64,000 nucleotides of DNA. Source: an uncultured Clostridia bacterium. GTDB lineage: Bacteria > Bacillota > Clostridia > Christensenellales > UBA3700. Position numbers and translations under genes: made by a program. Under the pieces are notes generated by a model. The model worked only from the letters and a program-made list of their open reading frames with translations, did no database searches and was not told the DNA's origin. Where the stretch lies: positions 11,646-75,645 of the forward strand of contig CAOKSY010000006.1 of NCBI GenBank assembly GCA_948471525.1, read 5' to 3'. This document shows, piece after piece, positions 50,401-59,180 of the stretch (within the stretch, counting starts at the first letter, position 1; each line of letters opens with the position of its first letter).

Positions 50401-53400
50401 CGCTATATTCTGTCCGCTCTCGTTGACAAAAGTCAGACTGTAGTTGGCGTTGAGCGCCGTAGCGGATATCGAATAGGAGTCTGCGGATATATAACCGTTC
50501 TGACCGTTCATATCGACTGCCAAATTGAATACTTCGGAAGCGACGTCGCCCGCCGCCAATGTCTTGCTGAGCGAATAAGCCGCGTCGTTCGTATTGGTAT
50601 TGAGGTATGCCGCAACGGTATCCGTCTGCGCGTCGTAATCGCCGTAAGTGAGTTGATTGCGGTTCTTTACGGTAACGGTGATCTCTCTTTGAGCGATAGC
50701 GAACGTCTTGGACAGAGCGTCTGCGCCTGCTATCGTATAACGGTCGCTGGAAACGCCCTCAACAGTTGCGATATATGTGCCTACGTCGTGCACGTGACCG
50801 TCTTTAAAGCCTTGCTTGCCGCCGTCTGCATCGGTGTAACCTATTATAAGTTTTACATTGTCTTGAGCCGAAGTATCGGGATCGGTAACTACGTTGCCTA
50901 TCGTGATATTGGTATGACTCTTGCTGTTTTCGCCATGCTCGCCGTACTCTTCGTCGATATCGCCCCATACTATCTCTACTTTTCTGGGTACTACCGTGTA
51001 TACGTCTATATTGGACGCCGCCGAAGAACCTGCCTTGGGCATAAAGCGAATATTGTAATCAAGACCTTCGTTAAGTCTGTAGTATACTGAATAAGATCCG
51101 ATATTCTTGTTCCAACCAAGCGGAGAGATGTCGCCGCTTGCGCCCGATCCTACAAACAACGTGCCGTTGTTCTTGAGCCAAGCCAAAGCAGTCGCGAAAT
51201 CGCTTGCATCGGGAGCGCCTGCGATATCCGAACCGTCCGCAAACAATGCGTCAAACAATGCGCCTGAATCGAGCACGCTTTCGCCGTATTCTACGCTGAT
51301 ATTGCCGCCGACCGTGATGCTGATATAATTGGACAAAGCGTTGATATAGATGATCGCTTCGAGCGTACCGTGGTTGGCTGCGCTAGCCTGTATCCATACA
51401 AAGTATTTGCCCTCTGCGGAGATAGCAACGTCGCTCTCCGACCAAGTCTCGCCGTCCGCGCCCGCGCTTTCGCCTTCGTTATGCAAAGCGCCGACCTTCA
51501 CGGTGACTGCGGCGGACTGATCGCCTTTGAGCGTAATTCTCTTTGCGATATCCGAAAGGAGTACCGTCAAGCCGCCTTCCTGCCATTCGAGGTCGAAATA
51601 TCTGCCCGATACCGAAAGAGCAGCCTCGGTGATCTCAAAGTTACCGTAACCGGTGTTGTTTGCACCTGCGGGAACGCCGCTCGTATCCGAGCCTTCAGCC
51701 AAAGTATTGACTACGGTCACGTTGTAATTGGATACTACGCTTTCGCTGCCCGCTACAGGCTGCAGATATATCGGATAATTTCCCACGTTGCGGAAACCTT
51801 CCGACGCATGCGCCGTGGTCTCCAAAGTATAGTTGGCAAAATGATCGCCTATAAAGTTTTTGCTGCCTTCCGCATACTTCCAGTTTGCGGCGGGAGAGCC
51901 CTGAGATACGAGCAATCCGAGGGCAACGTCCTTAGCGCTGCCGTAAGTCGCAGTCTTGGGAAGTATCTCTATCGTAACGTTGCGCGCAACGATATGATAG
52001 GTATGCGAAAGATCCGATTCTACAATATAGTAGTTGCGTTGATTTTTGGGATTCGTAAGCCCGCTTGTCGCAACCTGATAATCTCCGACGTTGGAACCGC
52101 TCAAAGTGATCGGCGCGAGAACTATGGTGTCGCCCGCAACTACGTCTTCCGCATTTGCTTTAGGCTGAACGGTGGGATTTGCGGCATTATAGGTAAAGTT
52201 GTCTCCGTCCCAACCATCTGCACTCTGCGTCCAATCTACTCTCAACGCCTTGGGAGCTATTCCGTAAGCGTTGACGTTGCACGATTCGTTGTAGTTAATA
52301 TTGTAATTTTCAATAGAGTCGTCTACTCCGTCTTTGATCCTTGCGCGCACCGTATAGTCGCCGGCATCGGCGTTGCCCGCCGTCAAAGACAGTCCCTCAT
52401 CGTCTATAAGATAGAATTCTATATAATTCAACACTTCGAATCTATCCTCTTCCTTATCGAATACGGTCTGAACGGAAAGTCTGTCGACGATTTCTGCGGA
52501 AGACGGAACGCCGTCGCCGTAAGTCGAAGCCGACTTGTTTGCCGTCAAATCGAAATGCACGTGAGCGATATCGATCATTACGCTTAGCGTCTTGGATTGA
52601 ACGTTAACGTGGTTGGCAGCGGTAACTCTGACGTACAGAGTGTGCGTACCTACGTCTTTAAAACCGACGGGATCAACGCCCCAAGCAATACCGTCTTTGC
52701 TGTATTCTACCTTAACTTCGGTATCTCTGTGTTCCGCCTCATAGCCGGAAATTCCGGTGATATTGCTGTCGCTGAGAGCAAAAGTCTGCTCTGCTCCCTT
52801 ATATCTTGCGTTAAACTGTTGCAAAGTGATATCTATCGGCGCGGCATTTACCGTAAACTTACCGTTCTGATGTTTTACTATATCATAGTTGGTATTGAGC
52901 GCGTCGGGCACGGTCATAGAAAGAGTATGCTCTCCCGCCGTAAAGAAGTCGTCCGAAGCGCCGTTGGTCGAAGTTGTCGTACCGATTATCTCCACTCCGA
53001 AAACGCTCGCCACGCTATCCCCTGCAACGATCGCTCCGTAACCGTCCGTTACATTTGTAATTACCGAATAGACGCTGGCAGGCTGTGTCTCAAACAACTG
53101 CTGATAGTATCTTCTTATTGCCGCAGCGCCCTTGGAATTGTCGCTGTATACTGCTCCGTAAGTTCTCGTTCTGTCGAGTATAGTGACCTCGATGGGACGG
53201 GCGGAGATCGTAAATTCCTCGCTGTCGTTGGAAATTACGTAGTTTGCGCTGGAAAGCGTAGCTTTGGCGGTATACGTAGCCGCGTTTACCGCGTTGCCGG
53301 ACGCGTCGAGTTCTATCTCCTGTCCGTTCAGAATACCTTTTCCTTCTATACCCACCGTTACGTTTATATCGGCGGCGTCGCCCGTTACGAGTTGAGCCGT

Positions 53401-55602
53401 ATCGAAAGTAACTTTGGGTCTGTGTCCGACATGACCGTCGTAGTAGATCTTGCCGCTGTCGGAAGGATCGTCCCAATCTACCGTTATCGCTTTCGGAGCG
53501 ATAACGTATGCGCCCTCGTTGCTCGCGATGTCGCCGTTATTAGCGACGGCAAGATTTATTCTATCCGACCATGGACGCTCGCTCTCGCCGTCGTTGAAAG
53601 TCTTTGCGCTTATATTCACGGTATAATTTCCTACGGACGTAAGAATACCGATCAGTACTTCGTTGGTGCTGTTGACGGGCGCAAACGTAAAGTATTTTGC
53701 TACTTCAGCGCGCGCGGCGTCCAAAGACATTCCGTCAAACAATCCGTTGCCGTTGATCTCTTTCAACGTAGCCGCTATTGCGTCCGAAGAAAGCACGCTG
53801 TCGCCGAAGCGTCTCTGTATCGCGTCGAAAGTCACCGTAACGTCCGCCTTGCTCACTTCGACCTCAAACGAACCCGTTGCGTCGTTGTGATTTGCGGCGC
53901 TTACTTTATAATATACGGTATATTTGCCTACTTCTTCAAAACTTACCGCGCTCGGAGATGAGGGGAATACCCCTTCCTGAGCACTCATATATACCTGCGC
54001 GGCAGTCGCCTGTGTGCCCGCCATTCGACCTTTAAGGGTTACGTAGGCCCCCGGGTCGAGAGCAAAATCCTGAATTGCGCCCGTATACGGCTTGGTCACA
54101 GCCGACAACTGAGGCGTATTTACTATCATATCCGCAGGAGTTATCTGCAATCTTACGTTCTTCGGAGTTGCGTCTTCCCACTCGATCACAGAAGATTTCT
54201 CGTCTTTTATAGTAAACTGTATTATATATCTGTTGCTTACGTCGTAGATATCGTTCCACGAATTAAGCGCGGTATTGCCCGATTTGGGAGTTGCGTCAAA
54301 ATAAGACTCGTGATATCCGCTCCAAAAATCAGCCGGTCCGTAAGATTCTTTTTCCCCATAGACTCTGTTGGGTATACTCGGATTGGGACTTCCGATCTTG
54401 AGTTTGAAATTCTTTATCTCCTGCTCGCAAGCGTCTATATTGGTTTGATTGACTGCCGTGCCGTCGGAAGTTTTCTCTCTGCTTGAAAGCATATCGTTTA
54501 CTTTTGCCATAAGAGCGTTGTATTCGTCGATATTCGTAAAAGTAACTCTGTCTTTCAGATCGTTATATACTTTTAGAAGATCTTCTTTTGCGGAATACAG
54601 ATTGCTTTTATCATAGATCATTATATTGATCGTCATACCTGCGGAAGAATTGATGACAAATGTGCCGCTGTAATTATCGTCTGTCGCGTCCGTAGTGGCA
54701 TTGCCGACTCGATCACCGTTAATCGAAACAGTCTCGGGGAGATTTTCCGTCTTAAATGAAGCCACGACTTCGGCATCCGCATATTCGCTCTTCCAACCTC
54801 CGCCAAAAAAACCTTTATCAACTCTGTTGCCTATTTGCGTAGCAATAAGCGGAGCCTTTGAATCACACATAGGCGAGAATTTTACGTTATCTGCCGTTTT
54901 CGTAGCTTTTCCGCGCATCGGCATCGTAAAGCCGTAATCCCACGCTCTATTGCCGGCGACTACGTTGCCGTTTGTCAAATAACCGCTGGGAGTCCAAGAG
55001 TTAGAGTCGTTCTGTCCCTCTCTGCCAATACCTCTGTCTTCGGAATACAGTCCGTAAGAATTGCCGGAAGCATTAAAGGTGTCAACCATAGCCATAGATC
55101 CGTTGGACTCATAGTTTTTTGCCAATTTGACTAAATCGTTATCTTCGCCGTAAGCGCTGAATGAAGATTTTGCGGTTGTTCCGTAATATCCCAGCGTGGT
55201 ATTGTACATAATTACCTTACCTATCTCGCCGGCGGATTTGTTTAATTCATTTTCCCTGAACCAACCGGTATAATGGAAATAATAACCGACGTCCTGAAGC
55301 GACTCGGATATATCCAATACTATGCTTGTAGGATACCATATAGCGACATAGTGCGAATCGTCGTTGTCGGGAGTAGCGATAATAGCTACTCTGGAATTGT
55401 CGTTGGTATACGCTCCTATCGCCGACATCCCGTATTTTTTTCCGGTCTCCGAGTTATAATTAAGATTACTCGTCGGAGTATCGGTTTTATCATATTTTTC
55501 GGACAAAGGCGAAACAAACACGCAAGCGGTAATTATAGACGCTATCAGCATCACCGCCACGACAGAAATCGCCGTTATCCTTTTTCTTATAATTGATTTC
55601 AT
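47500..55602 (-). CDS. Giant surface protein (~2700 aa), collinear paralogue of 38017-46749
   Basis: It has the same architecture and the same order of repeat units as its paralogue, for example EEYGEHGENSKSHTN versus EVYGNHGDQSESHTN. The C-terminus is VGLILGILIPVILIAAGAVVAIVLVKKKKGAKA. The start is set at MKSIIRK (RBS gggagg, 7 nt spacing), because the ORF-track start at 55674 lies inside the predicted -35 box. Confidence 0.9.
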   Translation of the reverse strand: MKSIIRKRITAISVVAVMLIASIITACVFVSPLSEKYDKTDTPTSNLNYNSETGKKYGMSAIGAYTNDNSRVAIIATPDNDDSHYVAIWYPTSIVLDISESLQDVGYYFHYTGWFRENELNKSAGEIGKVIMYNTTLGYYGTTAKSSFSAYGEDNDLVKLAKNYESNGSMAMVDTFNASGNSYGLYSEDRGIGREGQNDSNSWTPSGYLTNGNVVAGNRAWDYGFTMPMRGKATKTADNVKFSPMCDSKAPLIATQIGNRVDKGFFGGGWKSEYADAEVVASFKTENLPETVSINGDRVGNATTDATDDNYSGTFVINSSAGMTINIMIYDKSNLYSAKEDLLKVYNDLKDRVTFTNIDEYNALMAKVNDMLSSREKTSDGTAVNQTNIDACEQEIKNFKLKIGSPNPSIPNRVYGEKESYGPADFWSGYHESYFDATPKSGNTALNSWNDIYDVSNRYIIQFTIKDEKSSVIEWEDATPKNVRLQITPADMIVNTPQLSAVTKPYTGAIQDFALDPGAYVTLKGRMAGTQATAAQVYMSAQEGVFPSSPSAVSFEEVGKYTVYYKVSAANHNDATGSFEVEVSKADVTVTFDAIQRRFGDSVLSSDAIAATLKEINGNGLFDGMSLDAARAEVAKYFTFAPVNSTNEVLIGILTSVGNYTVNISAKTFNDGESERPWSDRINLAVANNGDIASNEGAYVIAPKAITVDWDDPSDSGKIYYDGHVGHRPKVTFDTAQLVTGDAADINVTVGIEGKGILNGQEIELDASGNAVNAATYTAKATLSSANYVISNDSEEFTISARPIEVTILDRTRTYGAVYSDNSKGAAAIRRYYQQLFETQPASVYSVITNVTDGYGAIVAGDSVASVFGVEIIGTTTSTNGASDDFFTAGEHTLSMTVPDALNTNYDIVKHQNGKFTVNAAPIDITLQQFNARYKGAEQTFALSDSNITGISGYEAEHRDTEVKVEYSKDGIAWGVDPVGFKDVGTHTLYVRVTAANHVNVQSKTLSVMIDIAHVHFDLTANKSASTYGDGVPSSAEIVDRLSVQTVFDKEEDRFEVLNYIEFYLIDDEGLSLTAGNADAGDYTVRARIKDGVDDSIENYNINYNESCNVNAYGIAPKALRVDWTQSADGWDGDNFTYNAANPTVQPKANAEDVVAGDTIVLAPITLSGSNVGDYQVATSGLTNPKNQRNYYIVESDLSHTYHIVARNVTIEILPKTATYGSAKDVALGLLVSQGSPAANWKYAEGSKNFIGDHFANYTLETTAHASEGFRNVGNYPIYLQPVAGSESVVSNYNVTVVNTLAEGSDTSGVPAGANNTGYGNFEITEAALSVSGRYFDLEWQEGGLTVLLSDIAKRITLKGDQSAAVTVKVGALHNEGESAGADGETWSESDVAISAEGKYFVWIQASAANHGTLEAIIYINALSNYISITVGGNISVEYGESVLDSGALFDALFADGSDIAGAPDASDFATALAWLKNNGTLFVGSGASGDISPLGWNKNIGSYSVYYRLNEGLDYNIRFMPKAGSSAASNIDVYTVVPRKVEIVWGDIDEEYGEHGENSKSHTNITIGNVVTDPDTSAQDNVKLIIGYTDADGGKQGFKDGHVHDVGTYIATVEGVSSDRYTIAGADALSKTFAIAQREITVTVKNRNQLTYGDYDAQTDTVAAYLNTNTNDAAYSLSKTLAAGDVASEVFNLAVDMNGQNGYISADSYSISATALNANYSLTFVNESGQNIADGSGNVAELTVNKAEITFDRVTMNPLTFNGREQTIHPSEMIFTLRGDMAMSSAKVEYSKDGTNWSDGISFKDYGTHKFSVRITADNHEVKTVTDREVKVNKAEIVIDMTATSKTYGDAISGSLSDWLKDKCNIVYLDKNGEVADIEGIAADFEFYVVNIAEGGDQLSGWANPVGFYRVYHKTDLAAMNNYSVSYAKSSDGDTVNAKAYEITKRDTSVIWQIDETADWKDAHNWVYTGKAPALKAYVTVVDTDKADGSTKLQAITFTNSATANGYAVGDYQAVAQFDDLDADTFAKNYNLLTDNDTYEYSIVQRDVTVVIFDKSAVYGIVAGMPEITSYRGDDWKFEDENFEFPTTGGDKVVLSLEAELTDGYLAAGGNYRIVGSGTDSNYNFIFKGENSDKDYAKYNVEKAEVSIKKSTLKLNYNGSVQSVNVKDILAGESGSVTVAGAMNWADATVEYKQADGTYSSELPSVKDVGDSTVITYRVILANHNEDKEYTMTVNVTVAKIELDVKAMSSVYGNKLLTSDEMIDGGYISLGDGTTVDVNIKDLFEFYVDGEAKNAGFHNINYRWKNESESANYDVKFVNADGDVDPQHGAYEITKRTIAVEWNKDVLIYDGTVKTQTATATNLIEGDEALAENIFVFDVNSNTGVNAADDYKAVIVGLSEEASKNYALENDRAEYTFAILPKDVTIKWNDATFTYDGSEHVISAEYVSGAITEQDAQSISIAVGGAQVNAGTHTATAKVEGNSNYKIADELASKTFAIGKKTVEIEWGSETFTYDGNAHTLSASVKADSLVGSDTCTVTTTSFTDAGEHFVTVASLSNDNYTVADGAGKTMTIAKAANDFNGTVSVPTTVEKGSGLPDFSGNNAISAKFGEVTVKYYRDEALTDEYTGDTSKAPAGMYYVVVSVEGNDNYDGLNQVFTVEVKGGANVGLILGILIPVILIAAGAVVAIVLVKKKKGAKA

Positions 55603-55645
55603 AAATTTTCCTCCCAAAAGAAAATATTTATTATAAGTCAATGAT

Positions 55646-55674
55646 ATTTTATCATTAGACAAATTGCATGTCAA
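55646..55674 (-). promoter_or_regulatory. Sigma-A promoter of the ~2700-aa gene
   Basis: On the minus strand, TTGACA (55674-55669), a 17-nt spacer and TAAAAT (55651-55646). Confidence 0.55.
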
Positions 55675-55929
55675 TATGTGTTCGAATTTTTATAAAGGTA
55701 AATAATGTAAAACTTTGATTAAGAAATTGACGAATGTCGTCGAAAATATCAATAATAGTATATTTATATATAGGTTAAACGCATTTGAGACGGTCGGTCT
55801 TTAATTAAGACAATAACCGTCTCAATATTACAGAAGAGCGCATAAAAAACCCGAAAATCACAATTGATACCGAAAAGTCTTTATTTCCGCGCTTTTGTCT
55901 GCGCCTTATTTCATATTATATAATATTAT

Positions 55930-56613
55930 TTAGCGCGCTGGCATCTTAAAACCTTTCAAAGCCCTATTCAAATAATCGTTGAACGGTTTCATTGCCTTGA
56001 ATATTTCGACGGACTTTTTCAAGAAACGCTCGCTGTCGCGGACTTCTTCGCCCGACATAAAATATTCCAGATACCACGATTTGTATTTCAAATATTCTGC
56101 TTGGGGATGTTCTTTGTCATATCCCGACGGAACGTTTTTCAAAGCGGTTCCCTTTACAGCAAAATATTTCTTGAATTCCGCGTCGGATATTATACCCTGC
56201 CATTCGTCGGGATGCTCGACTATGTAATCGCGCACCATAGCAGTAGCGTTTGAAAACATATCCGCAAACAATCCGCCTCCTAAAAACGTGCCGTCATTTG
56301 GCTTTATCATTAAATAATATCCTACGGGGATAGGAAGTTTGCCCAGCGAAGAAATATGCGCCCTGAACGACGGATTGTACGGAGATTTGTCGTGGCTGAA
56401 TCTCGTATCGCGCACAAGTTTGAAAGTCAACTCCTTGGGGACGTTGTGCAATACGCTCGGATCGAATTCGCCTATTCCGTAGATAAGTTCCTGCACAAGT
56501 TGCTCAAAGACAGCGGTTGCCTCTTTGTTTTCTTTCTTGTGCCCGTGATATCATTCGCGATCGTTGTTTGCAGAAAGATCGGATAAGTAATCGAGTATAA
56601 TTTCGCTGTTTAT
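55930..56613 (-). pseudogene. DUF2461 (TIGR02453-like) gene with an in-frame TGA and no canonical start codon
   Basis: The frame reads ...ILDYLSDLSANNDRE-TGA-YHGHKKENKEATAVFEQLVQELIYG..., and the TGA (56553-56551) replaces the conserved Trp of the NNxxxW motif. The only start-like codon after the RBS gaggga is ATA (56613-56611). The downstream part carries RDTRFSHDKSPY. Confidence 0.55.
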
Positions 56614-56688
56614 TTTTCCCTCAATTTATTAAATATAAAAGCAATCGTTTCGTAATTTTTAAATATTGCTCGATACAAACGTTTATTG

Positions 56689-58047
56689 CTATTGTTTGCG
56701 TTTGAGACAGACCAAAGTCTCTATATGTTTTGTATGCGGAAACATATCGTACGGCGTAATAGAAACGGGCTCGTATTCCGACAAAAGATATTTCATATCC
56801 CTTGCGAGCGTCGCGGGATTGCATGAGATATAGATAATTCTGTCGGGCTTCGCTTTGAGCAAACTCTCCAATACGCGCGTATCGCAACCTTTGCGCGGAG
56901 GATCGAGTACTACGGCGGATCCGTCCATCCGAGCGATCAACTCGGGAAGTCTTTGAGCGCAGTCGCCGCAAATATTGACGATCTTATCGCCATTGCCGTT
57001 GAGTTTTGCCAGACGGCGCGCGTCCTCGACAGCCTGCTCGACTATCTCTATCGCATATACTCTGTCGCAATACGCGGCAAAGATATTGCTCATTATTCCT
57101 ATGCCGCTGTAAGCGTCGATAACATTGGAGATGCCGCTCTCCTTTATGATCTCGCCCACTCGGGAATATATCAGATCGCGCACTTTGTCGTTGACTTGCA
57201 TAAAAGATTGCGGCGACACAGAGTATTTGACGCCCATAGCATCGCCCTCGACGCGCTCGTTGCCGACAAGAAGTCTCACGGTATCGCCCATTATCACGTT
57301 GGTGCGTTTTTTATTGGACGAAATATATAGCGAGAAATTCACTCCCGCTTCTTCCAGTTTGCGCGCAAAAGCCTTGTATTCGGGCAGGCCGTCGCCGTTG
57401 ATTACTGCGCAGACGGAAAACTTATCTCCTACTTTGCGCACGACGAGATGTCTAATCAATCCCGAATGGGAAGTCTCGTCGTATACTTCTATGCCAAATC
57501 GCTGTATATGATCCAAAAAACAGTCTACTATCAGCTGTATCCCCTCGGCGTTCAACGCGCAACCGCCGCCCTCGCCTTGAACGCTGTTGGCGACAGCCTT
57601 ATGCGTATTGGACGCAAAATAGCCGCCTACTATCTTTCCGTCGACTTTGGAAATAGGCAATTGGATCTTGTTTCGATACCCGTAAATATCGGGGGACGGA
57701 ACCGTAGAATCGACGGGGAAATCTATACCGCACTCCCTGTCTATGCAATTCTTTACCGTATTGCGCTTTATAGCGAGTTGGGTATCGTACTTTATATGCT
57801 GCATTTCGCAACCGCCGCATTTAAAACACAGTTTGCATAGCGGCCGGGCCCTGTCTTCGCTCGCGCGCAGGAGTTTGATGACTTTTCCGAACGCATACGC
57901 TTTCTTTACCTGCGTGATCTCTACGATCGCCCGTTCTCCCTGAAGAGTATACGGAACAAACACTACCATTCCGTCAACTTTCGCAACGCCCTCGCCGTTC
58001 ATACCGACCGAAGTTATTTCTACGGTTATTTTATCTCTTGCTTTCAT
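56689..58047 (-). CDS. 23S rRNA (uracil-5-)-methyltransferase, RlmD/RumA family
   Basis: An N-terminal TRAM-like domain, the Fe-S Cys cluster CKLCFKCGGCEMQH and the SAM methyltransferase motif VLDPPRKG. 452 aa. Confidence 0.9.
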   Translation of the reverse strand: MKARDKITVEITSVGMNGEGVAKVDGMVVFVPYTLQGERAIVEITQVKKAYAFGKVIKLLRASEDRARPLCKLCFKCGGCEMQHIKYDTQLAIKRNTVKNCIDRECGIDFPVDSTVPSPDIYGYRNKIQLPISKVDGKIVGGYFASNTHKAVANSVQGEGGGCALNAEGIQLIVDCFLDHIQRFGIEVYDETSHSGLIRHLVVRKVGDKFSVCAVINGDGLPEYKAFARKLEEAGVNFSLYISSNKKRTNVIMGDTVRLLVGNERVEGDAMGVKYSVSPQSFMQVNDKVRDLIYSRVGEIIKESGISNVIDAYSGIGIMSNIFAAYCDRVYAIEIVEQAVEDARRLAKLNGNGDKIVNICGDCAQRLPELIARMDGSAVVLDPPRKGCDTRVLESLLKAKPDRIIYISCNPATLARDMKYLLSEYEPVSITPYDMFPHTKHIETLVCLKRKQ

Positions 58048-58155
58048 ACTGATATTTTAAGCCGTCCGACGGCAAAAGTCAAACCGAGCGACGGAAGTTA
58101 TCTATATTGTATAATAATATATATTTTATCAATAATAATTACAAAGGAGAGCCGT

Positions 58156-58278
58156 ATGCAGAAAAAGAATATTCAAAAAATCAAAACTCAAAAAATATCC
58201 GACAGACGGGTAAAGATGAGACAGATAGATCTCGACAATATGAAAATGTCTCTCAAAGACGAGGACAACGGACTGTAA
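58156..58278 (+). CDS. Possible 40-aa basic small protein
   Basis: Absent from the ORF track because it is under 60 aa. The RBS aaaggagag lies 5 nt before the ATG. It reads MQKKNIQKIKTQKISDRRVKMRQIDLDNMKMSLKDEDNGL and is followed immediately by a terminator. Confidence 0.4.
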   Translation: MQKKNIQKIKTQKISDRRVKMRQIDLDNMKMSLKDEDNGL

Positions 58279-58280
58279 AT

Positions 58281-58313
58281 AAAAAAATCTCAACTTTTGT
58301 TGAGATTTTTTTA
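58281..58313. terminator. Bidirectional intrinsic terminator
   Basis: aaaaaaatctcaac-tttt-gttgagattttttt has an A-run and a T-run on either side. It serves the convergent small ORF and the gene at 58311-58697. Confidence 0.75.
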
Positions 58314-58697
58314 TTTGCTCTTGGATATTCCTCTGTCTTTCATCATAATATCTATGACTTCCGTGACTTTCTTTACGCAGAGGTCCGATTTGATAGGGAT
58401 CATTGCCGGAACTTCCGCATACGAAGGAGACGACGACAGATCTCTGAAATGAAGTCTCTTCGCCGCGACGTCATCTCTGGAAGGATCGACCGCCAAGCAT
58501 ATCTTCAACGTCTTGCCGCCTATAGCGATCTTGCAAATCAAATCGCCGTTTATCCTATAACTGGCGCATCTGTTGCTCAATCTCAATTTTACTTTTTTAT
58601 AAGTCAGCAAGTAATCGCTGAGTTGGGTATAATATCGCAAAACGTCGCCGCCCATGACCTGAGCGCGGTCGGCGAAACTTAATCTTTGGTCTTCCAC
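58311..58697 (-). CDS. Hypothetical protein (128 aa)
   Basis: An uninterrupted ORF ending at the bidirectional terminator. I recognised no motif. Confidence 0.55.
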   Translation of the reverse strand: MEDQRLSFADRAQVMGGDVLRYYTQLSDYLLTYKKVKLRLSNRCASYRINGDLICKIAIGGKTLKICLAVDPSRDDVAAKRLHFRDLSSSPSYAEVPAMIPIKSDLCVKKVTEVIDIMMKDRGISKSK

Positions 58698-58915
58698 AAC
58701 CTTTACCTCCGAAATAGAGCGCGATCAAAAGACCGCATTTTCTCCATTATAATAAAAATGTCTCTTTTTGTCAATACTAAAAATTATAATGATTAAAATA
58801 AATTTAAAAAAATTCTTAGCATTAATGCTTTTGACCGCAAAAATACGCCTTTTATAATCAAAATTAGTAAAATGCGGTTTTTACGCACAGTAGAGCCTGT
58901 CCGTCACGGCGATTA

Positions 58916-59164
58916 CTATTCGCCTATAGACTTGCGAAGAGCCTTTGCCAGTTGGTCGGGACATGACGTAGAGCGCACTCCGCATTTTATCCCATCCAGT
59001 CTTGCTATCACTTCGTCGACTTTCATACCTTCGACGAGTTTTCCTATACCCTGGAGATTGCCGTTGCATCCTCCTGTATAGACGACGTTTTTGACGACGC
59101 CGTCTTCGACGTCAAAACTTATATTTCGCGAGCATACTCCGCTCGGCTTAAACTCATAACGCAT
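58916..59164 (-). CDS. TSCPD domain protein (TIGR03905 family)
   Basis: 82 aa with TGGCNGNLQGI and the eponymous TSCPDQLAKAL. Confidence 0.85.
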   Translation of the reverse strand: MRYEFKPSGVCSRNISFDVEDGVVKNVVYTGGCNGNLQGIGKLVEGMKVDEVIARLDGIKCGVRSTSCPDQLAKALRKSIGE

Positions 59165-59180
59165 TTTTTCTCCTTTACGC

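Noticed and set aside
38017-55674. Very long plus-strand ORFs antisense to the giant genes (for example 39640-41226 at 528 aa, 41509-43542 at 677 aa, 48928-51090 at 720 aa, 51370-52587 at 405 aa and 52597-53961 at 454 aa).
   Set aside because: Their translations are low-complexity and rich in R, V, I, Y and C, with no recognisable motifs, starts or RBSs. The minus-strand frames encode coherent repeat-domain proteins with signal peptides, promoters and terminators. The open antisense frames are best explained by the biased codon and amino-acid usage of the sense genes (few TTA, CTA and TCA codons in the relevant phase).
55603-55674. Longer N-terminal starts offered by the ORF track for several genes (55674 for the giant gene, 37169 for floA, 37785 for nfeD and 32591 for sleB).
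   Set aside because: In each case an internal ATG is preceded at 5-8 nt by a strong AGGAGG-like RBS and begins the signal peptide or conserved domain. The start at 55674 also coincides with the predicted -35 hexamer.
56551-56553. Alternative genetic code (TGA = Trp or Gly), suggested by the in-frame TGA at a conserved Trp in the DUF2461 gene.
   Set aside because: proS (stop at 518-520) and the MATE gene (stop at 2667-2669) terminate at TGA at the expected protein ends. In addition, multi-kb ORFs are uninterrupted under the standard code. A single nonsense change or sequencing error is far more likely.
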